Shown one piece after another: positions 1-4,451 of a stretch of DNA of 4,451 bases (position 1 is its first letter; each line of letters opens with the position of its first letter). Under the pieces are notes generated by a model, which worked only from the letters and a program-made list of their open reading frames with translations, did no database searches and had not been told where the DNA came from. Made by a program: the position numbers and the translations under genes. The DNA lies in sequence record PZ049720.1, one strand, 5' to 3'. Source of the stretch: a phage.

Positions 1-28
1 CATGTGAGCCGGCTTCATCACCTGGCAG

Positions 29-400
29 TTGACCCAGACCTTCTGGGTCGGCGGCCTGTGGTTGCTGCAGTTTCTGGTGCTGCCTGCGCTTGGCCGGATC
101 GGCCTGGCACCGCTACTGGTCGAGGAAGTCGCCGGGAGTCTGCGTCCTCTGATGGTCGGCTTCGCCGCGTTCTGCGTGGCGCTGCAGGCGCTGGTGTTGG
201 TCCAGTCTGTCGGTCTTCGCGGTTTGTGGCGCGATGTGCGGGGGCAGCTGCTGCTGGCGGTGATGGCCCTGGCCGGCACTCATCTTTTGATGAATGCCGG
301 CTGGTTCGAGTCCATCTACTGGGCCAGTTTCAGTGTTCTGGCGATGGCGCTGGGCGGTTTGATGCTGGTATTGCAGCCCGTTCCCGGGCGAGAGCAATGA
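29..400 (+). CDS. Small integral membrane protein of unknown function (about 4 predicted TM helices, 123 aa), family not identifiable by eye
   Basis: ORF 29..400 translates to four hydrophobic stretches (TFWVGGLWLLQFLVLPALGRIGL; LMVGFAAFCVALQALVLVQSV; LLLAVMALAGTHLL; SIYWASFSVLAMALGGLMLVL) with strong GC3 codon bias. The only start option is TTG at 29 because an in-frame TGA sits at 5-7. It converges on yhbY. Confidence 0.5.
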   Translation: MTQTFWVGGLWLLQFLVLPALGRIGLAPLLVEEVAGSLRPLMVGFAAFCVALQALVLVQSVGLRGLWRDVRGQLLLAVMALAGTHLLMNAGWFESIYWASFSVLAMALGGLMLVLQPVPGREQ

Positions 401-406
401 CTGACG

Positions 407-424
407 GCGGCAGACTGCTGCCGC
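407..424. terminator. Hairpin between convergent genes (7-bp stem GCGGCAG/CTGCCGC, 4-nt loop ACTG); possible bidirectional terminator
   Basis: Perfect inverted repeat 407-413 / 418-424 in the 31-bp gap between the membrane-protein stop (398-400) and the yhbY stop (432-434). It is followed on the + strand only by a short GGTTT, so the U-tract is weak. Confidence 0.3.
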
Positions 425-431
425 AGCGGTT

Positions 432-743
432 TCACGCCTGGAAGCGATGGATGTTCGACAGCTGTTTGTTCGGCTTCGGATTCCTGCGATAGACCAGCGC
501 CATTTTGCCGATGGTCTGCACCAGTTCGCATTTTCCGATTGCGCACAGCTCTTCCATCAGGGCGCGGCGATCTTCGCGCTCGGTAAGGCGGAACTGGATC
601 TTGATCAGTTCGTGATCGTTCAGGGCTCGCTCCAGTTCGGCTTGAACGCCTTCGGTCAGCCCGTTTTCGGCAACGATCAGCACCGGTTTCAGATGATGGC
701 CGATGGACTTGTACTGTTTCTTCTGCTCGTTGGTGAGCGGCAT
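432..743 (-). CDS. yhbY: YhbY/CRS1-domain RNA-binding protein (ribosome assembly factor), 103 aa
   Basis: Translation MPLTNEQKKQYKSIGHHLKPVLIVAENGLTEGVQAELERALNDHELIKIQF...VQTIGKMALVYRR matches the recalled E. coli YhbY pattern (KQKQHLKGLAHPLKPVVLLGSNGLTEGVLAEIEQALEHHELIKVKI...VQVIGKTLVLYR). Length and the orientation opposite to ftsH fit the conserved gammaproteobacterial arrangement. Confidence 0.85.
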   Translation of the reverse strand: MPLTNEQKKQYKSIGHHLKPVLIVAENGLTEGVQAELERALNDHELIKIQFRLTEREDRRALMEELCAIGKCELVQTIGKMALVYRRNPKPNKQLSNIHRFQA

Positions 744-1357
744 ATTTCGACCCTTGCGTCAGAACCCTTGAAAAACGGCGGCTAGTGTAACCGAGAGGTG
801 CAAGGCCGCACAGGTGAGCGATCGGTTTGGCAGGCTTTAGAGCCAGTCTGTCGTGGTGAACCTTGTGATCGCAAACGCAGCCCCAATATGAGAGCTGTGG
901 GGACTGCCAGCCAGTCGTGACGCAGTGCTTTCTGCGAAACGGCGCGCGATTCGGTCTCCGGATACTGCATTCGGCTCGGTTTTTTTGATCAAGATATTTC
1001 AGGATGCGCGCTCTACGCGTACTTGAAAGCGTTGCGGCAGGCGTTCGAGAGCATGTAGACAAGCAAAGCCGCGGTGGCCTCGCGACCGCTCCAGTGCGCA
1101 ATATCTGCTTGTCCATGGCTTTACGGGTGTGCCGAACGAACAGACCCGTTTGTGCGAAAAGGCCGGTTTGGCGGTCTATTCATGCGGGCGTCGGCCAATG
1201 GACGGCCCCGTACGGCAAGGACTAGGCTGTTTCATGGGGTTACAGACCGACTGCCTGTTCCAGTGCGTTGTGTAGTAAGTTAGGCCGAGCAACCAACCGG
1301 CCGTCATGCGGGCCCGCGGACACGGGTTTGCTCCAGAGGGTAGTTAATTTGAACGAC
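744..1357. promoter_or_regulatory. 614-bp non-coding divergent spacer between yhbY and ftsH; presumed to hold both promoters and the ftsH 5' leader
   Basis: Stop codons occur in all three + frames in the stretches translated by hand. The only ORFs are short with odd composition. An AT-rich island with a T7 run lies at 976-1000. Weak sigma32-like elements (CTTGTGA 862-868, CCCCAATAT 881-889) are present. No confident -35/-10 pair could be assigned. Confidence 0.4.
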
Positions 1358-3271
1358 ATGGCAAAAAACCTGATCCTGTGGCTGATCATCGCCGCCGTCC
1401 TGGTCACGGTGATGAACAACTTCTCCAGCCCGAGCGAGCCGCAGACGCTGAACTACTCGGACTTCCTTGAGCAGGTCAAGGAGGGGCGCGTGGAGCGCGT
1501 GACCGTCGATGGTTTTGTCATCATCGGCAAGCGTAGCGACGGCGACACCTTCAAGACCATTCGCCCTGCGATCCAGGACAACGGCCTGATCGGCGATCTG
1601 CTCGACAACAATGTGCTGATCGAGGGCAAGCAGCCTGAGCAGCAGAGCATCTGGACACAGCTGCTGGTGGCCAGCTTCCCGATCCTGGTGATCATCGCCG
1701 TGTTCATGTTCTTCATGCGGCAGATGCAGGGCGGTGCTGGCGGCAAGGGCGGGCCTATGAGCTTCGGCAAGAGCAAGGCTCGCCTGCTCTCCGAGGATCA
1801 GGTCAAGACCACCTTCGCTGACGTCGCCGGTTGCGACGAGGCCAAGGAAGAAGTGCATGAGCTGGTGGAGTTTCTCCGCGACCCGGGTAAGTTCCAGCGT
1901 CTCGGCGGCCGTATTCCGCGTGGCGTGCTGATGGTCGGTCCGCCCGGTACTGGTAAGACGCTGCTGGCCAAGGCGATTGCCGGTGAGGCGAAGGTGCCGT
2001 TCTTCACCATCTCGGGTTCGGATTTCGTCGAGATGTTCGTCGGTGTCGGCGCCAGCCGGGTCCGCGACATGTTCGAACAGGCCAAGAAGCACGCGCCTTG
2101 CATCATCTTCATCGACGAGATCGACGCGGTCGGTCGTCATCGTGGTGCCGGCCTCGGCGGCGGGCACGACGAGCGCGAGCAGACCCTCAACCAGTTGCTG
2201 GTGGAGATGGATGGCTTCGAGATGAACGATGGCATCATCGTCATCGCGGCTACCAACCGTCCCGACGTGCTCGATCCGGCGCTACTGCGTCCGGGCCGCT
2301 TCGACCGGCAGGTGGTCGTAGGTTTGCCGGACATCCGCGGTCGCGAGCAGATTCTCAAGGTGCACATGCGCAAGGTGCCGGTCAGCGAGAACGTCGAGCC
2401 GGCGGTCATCGCCCGCGGTACGCCGGGTTTCTCCGGTGCGGACCTGGCCAACCTGGTCAACGAGGCGTCCTTGTTCGCTGCGCGGGCCAACAAGCGCATC
2501 GTCGAAATGCGCGAGTTCGAACTTGCCAAGGACAAGATCATGATGGGCGCCGAGCGCAAGTCCATGGTCATGTCCGAGAAAGAGAAACTCAATACCGCGT
2601 ATCACGAGGCTGGGCACGCCATCGTCGGGCGCGTGGTGCCGGAGCATGACCCGGTCTACAAGGTTTCCATCATTCCTCGCGGGCGGGCGCTGGGTGTCAC
2701 CATGTTCCTGCCGGAAGAGGATCGCTACAGCCTGTCGAAGCGCGCACTGATCAGTCAGATCTGCTCGCTGTTTGGTGGTCGAATCGCCGAGGAAATGACC
2801 TTGGGCTTCGAAGGCGTCACTACTGGCGCTTCCAACGACATCATGCGCGCCACTCAGTTGGCGCGGAACATGGTGACCAAGTGGGGCTTGTCGGAGAAGC
2901 TTGGCCCGCTGATGTATGCCGAAGAGGAGGGTGAGGTCTTCCTCGGTCGCAGCGCTGGCAGTCAGCACGCCAACGTTTCCGGCGAGACCGCCAAGCTGAT
3001 CGATGAAGAGGTGCGCAGCATCATCGATCACTGCTATGGCACCGCCAAGCAGATACTCACCGAGAACCGCGACAAGCTGGACATGATGGCCGAAGCACTC
3101 ATGAAGTACGAAACCATCGATGCACCGCAGATCGACGACATCATGGCGGGCCGTCCACCGCGCGAACCGCGTGACTGGGAAGGTGGCGGTACCGGCACGT
3201 CCGGGACGCCGGCCGTGCCGGATGACAATCGTCCGCAGACGCCGATTGGTGGTCCCGCCGGGGAGCATTGA
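1358..3271 (+). CDS. ftsH: ATP-dependent zinc metalloprotease FtsH (AAA+ membrane protease), 637 aa
   Basis: N-terminus [15 protein letters not shown] is the conserved FtsH start. Walker A GPPGTGKT, Walker [10 protein letters not shown], second region of homology [20 protein letters not shown], and zinc-binding HEAGHA are all present, with two N-terminal TM segments. The ORF track start at 1268 (TTG) is an upstream in-frame extension; ATG 1358 was chosen by homology. TTG at 1349 with AGAGGG 8 nt upstream is a possible alternative start. Confidence 0.96.
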   Translation: MAKNLILWLIIAAVLVTVMNNFSSPSEPQTLNYSDFLEQVKEGRVERVTVDGFVIIGKRSDGDTFKTIRPAIQDNGLIGDLLDNNVLIEGKQPEQQSIWTQLLVASFPILVIIAVFMFFMRQMQGGAGGKGGPMSFGKSKARLLSEDQVKTTFADVAGCDEAKEEVHELVEFLRDPGKFQRLGGRIPRGVLMVGPPGTGKTLLAKAIAGEAKVPFFTISGSDFVEMFVGVGASRVRDMFEQAKKHAPCIIFIDEIDAVGRHRGAGLGGGHDEREQTLNQLLVEMDGFEMNDGIIVIAATNRPDVLDPALLRPGRFDRQVVVGLPDIRGREQILKVHMRKVPVSENVEPAVIARGTPGFSGADLANLVNEASLFAARANKRIVEMREFELAKDKIMMGAERKSMVMSEKEKLNTAYHEAGHAIVGRVVPEHDPVYKVSIIPRGRALGVTMFLPEEDRYSLSKRALISQICSLFGGRIAEEMTLGFEGVTTGASNDIMRATQLARNMVTKWGLSEKLGPLMYAEEEGEVFLGRSAGSQHANVSGETAKLIDEEVRSIIDHCYGTAKQILTENRDKLDMMAEALMKYETIDAPQIDDIMAGRPPREPRDWEGGGTGTSGTPAVPDDNRPQTPIGGPAGEH

Positions 3272-3319
3272 GGGTAGCGTCGATCGAACATTCATCGGTC
3301 GGCTGTCAAAAGGCTGTAT

Positions 3320-3349
3320 CCAGAAGGGGCGCATAGGCGCCCCTTCTGG
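3320..3349 (+). terminator. Strong GC-rich hairpin (perfect 13-bp stem CCAGAAGGGGCGC / GCGCCCCTTCTGG, loop ATAG) 49 nt after the ftsH stop; likely intrinsic terminator, attenuator or mRNA-stabilising stem-loop
   Basis: Perfect inverted repeat 3320-3332 / 3337-3349 seen directly. The downstream sequence TGTAAATTGTC is only moderately U-rich. On the minus strand the stem is followed by TTTT, so it may act in both directions. Confidence 0.5.
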
Positions 3350-3439
3350 TGTAAATTGTCCACCCCGTTGTGCCATGGTGGTGCAGCTGGCGTGGATCGC
3401 CTGCCCAGGGCGTCCGGCCTGAACGTACAAGGCTTGTGA

Positions 3440-4291
3440 ATGAACAACTCGTCTTCACCTGCTCGACTGGTCTGCGGCAGTCGAGTCCTCGATCTTTCCC
3501 GTCCCCATGTCATGGGGATTCTCAATGTCACCCCCGATTCCTTTTCCGATGGTGGTCGCTTCGCCGAGCGCGATGCCGGCATTGCGGCACGCCCGGGCGA
3601 TGGTTGCAGCAGGGGCTACGCTGATCGATGTGGGGGGGAGTCGACCCGTCCGGGCGCGCGTTCAGTTTCGCCGACCGAGGAGCTGGAGCGGGTTGCCCCC
3701 ATTGTCGAGGCCATTGCTGGCGAGCTGGATGTCGTGATCTCGGTCGACACCTCGACGCCTGCGGTGATCCGCGAGTGCGCGCGGCTGGGCGCCGGTCTGA
3801 TCAACGACGTGCGCTCGCTACGACGGGATGGTGCGCTGGACGCAGCGGCCGACACCGGTTTGCCGGTCTGTCTCATGCACATGCGCGGCGAGCCTGGGGA
3901 TATGCAGGACGATCCGCGCTATGACGATATCACTGCGGAAGTTGCGTCGTTCCTAGGTGAGCGAATGGCGGCGTGCGCAGCGGCAGGCATTCTGGCAGAG
4001 CGCATCGTGCTCGACCCGGGGTTCGGCTTTGCCAAGACGCTGAATCACAACCTCGTGCTGTTCAAGCATATGGAAAAGCTTCACCGACTGGGGCGTCCGC
4101 TGCTGGTGGGCGTGTCGCGCAAGAGCATGATCGGTGGCGTGCTGGGGCGTCCGGTGGGTGAGCGGCTGTATGGCAGCCTTGCGCTGGCGGCCCTGGCCGT
4201 CAGCAAGGGGGCGCAGATCGTGCGGGTGCACGATGTGGCCGAGACGGTTGACGTAATTCGAATGATCGCTGCAGTGCAGGCGGCAGAGTAG
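3440..4291 (+). CDS. folP: Dihydropteroate synthase (FolP), 283-aa uninterrupted ORF, with an internal compensating frameshift pair that puts about 18-20 codons out of frame relative to homologs
   Basis: N-terminal [23 protein letters not shown], then GGESTRPGA...EELERV...ISVDTS...GLPVCLMHM...[10 protein letters not shown]...[12 protein letters not shown]...IVRVHDV all match DHPS motifs. AAGG lies 8 nt upstream of the ATG. Codons 3578-3637 read [18 protein letters not shown] in frame, whereas the +1 frame (3579-3638) reads the expected [20 protein letters not shown]. Confidence 0.85.
3578..3638 (+). other. Out-of-frame segment inside folP, bounded by an apparent +1 insertion (GCCGGC, 3575-3580) and a -1 deletion in a 7-G run (3632-3638)
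   Basis: Hand translation of both frames. Frame 0 gives the DHPS-like [20 protein letters not shown]. The ORF frame gives non-conserved [18 protein letters not shown]. Flanks on both sides are conserved in the ORF frame. Confidence 0.7.
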
Positions 4292-4301
4292 GGAAGACAC
4301 C

Positions 4302-4451
4302 ATGACTAGAAAGTATTTCGGCACCGACGGCATTCGCGGACATGTTGGGCAAGCGCCTATTACCCCGGATTTCATGCTCAAGCTGGGCTGGGCGGCAGGC
4401 ATGGCCTTCCGCAAGCAGGGCAAGTGCCGCATCCTGATCGGCAAGGACACC
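4302..4451 (+). CDS. glmM: Phosphoglucosamine mutase GlmM, 5' partial (first 50 codons; continues beyond the window)
   Basis: Translation [50 protein letters not shown] matches the conserved GlmM N-terminus ([10 protein letters not shown]). Shine-Dalgarno GGAAG at 4292-4296 lies 5 nt before the ATG. Position downstream of folP matches the conserved ftsH-folP-glmM order. Confidence 0.92.

Noticed and set aside
4-492. 162-aa + strand ORF (MSRLHHLAVDPDLLGRRP...)
   Set aside because: Arg/Ala/Gly-rich low-complexity translation typical of an out-of-frame read in high-GC DNA. It overlaps both the membrane-protein ORF and yhbY and has no recognisable motifs.
951-986. T7 tract at 980-986 as an intrinsic terminator
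   Set aside because: No stable GC-rich stem immediately precedes the T run; the best pairing is CCGG/TCGG with a 14-nt loop. It is more likely part of an AT-rich promoter or UP-element region.
1031-1055. tRNA-like T-loop motif GTTCGAG (1042-1048)
   Set aside because: The flanking sequence cannot form a T-stem or the rest of a cloverleaf, so this is a chance match.
316-1116. 266-aa minus-strand ORF spanning yhbY and the spacer
   Set aside because: It is out of frame with the well-supported yhbY, Arg/Ser/Pro-rich, and has no domain-like features. Long spurious ORFs are expected at this GC content.
782-1283. Short ORFs in the yhbY-ftsH spacer (782..970 -, 1004..1225 +, 1074..1283 +) as small proteins or rlmE remnants
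   Set aside because: There is no convincing ribosome-binding site, the composition is Arg/Cys-rich and atypical, and nothing resembles RlmE motifs. Only a tblastn search could fully exclude a decayed pseudogene.
1268-1357. Upstream TTG start at 1268 extending FtsH to 667 aa
   Set aside because: The conserved FtsH N-terminus MAKNLILW begins at ATG 1358, and the extension ([20 protein letters not shown]...) has no homolog-like character.
1304-3430. Long ORFs antisense to or out of frame with ftsH (1304..2167 -, 2282..3430 -, 2098..2649 +, 2137..2592 -, and smaller ones)
   Set aside because: They lie entirely within the strongly supported ftsH coding region and have low-complexity Arg/Ala/Ser-rich translations. 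They are shadow ORFs.
3507-3737. 76-aa + strand ORF overlapping folP as an independent gene
   Set aside because: It is not a separate gene. Its middle ([20 protein letters not shown]) is the correct DHPS reading frame for the frameshifted folP segment; the rest is out-of-frame noise.
3953-4450. 165-aa minus-strand ORF antisense to folP and glmM
   Set aside because: It overlaps two well-supported + strand genes and has no recognisable features. It is a shadow ORF.
1-4451. Mobile elements, CRISPR arrays, toxin-antitoxin or defence loci
   Set aside because: No direct or inverted terminal repeats, no repeat-spacer periodicity, and no integrase or transposase-like ORFs were seen. The gene content is core housekeeping in a conserved arrangement.

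Overview
This window is a high-GC (Pseudomonas-like gammaproteobacterial) core housekeeping locus with no sign of mobile elements, CRISPR or defence genes. Gene order is: small 4-TM membrane protein (+) converging on yhbY (-), a 614-bp non-coding spacer, then ftsH (+), folP (+) and the 5' end of glmM (+). Two things are worth a second look. First, rlmE/ftsJ, which normally sits immediately upstream of ftsH, is absent and the spacer holds no intact ORF and no recognisable rlmE remnant. Second, folP carries a compensating +1/-1 frameshift pair: about 18-20 codons of the uninterrupted ORF are read out of frame, while the conserved DHPS segment '[20 protein letters not shown]' is encoded in the +1 frame and ends in a 7-G homopolymer. 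A perfect 13-bp GC-rich hairpin lies between ftsH and folP. All identifications are by eye from translated sequence and recalled family motifs; no database search was run. I found no evidence of a novel multi-gene system.
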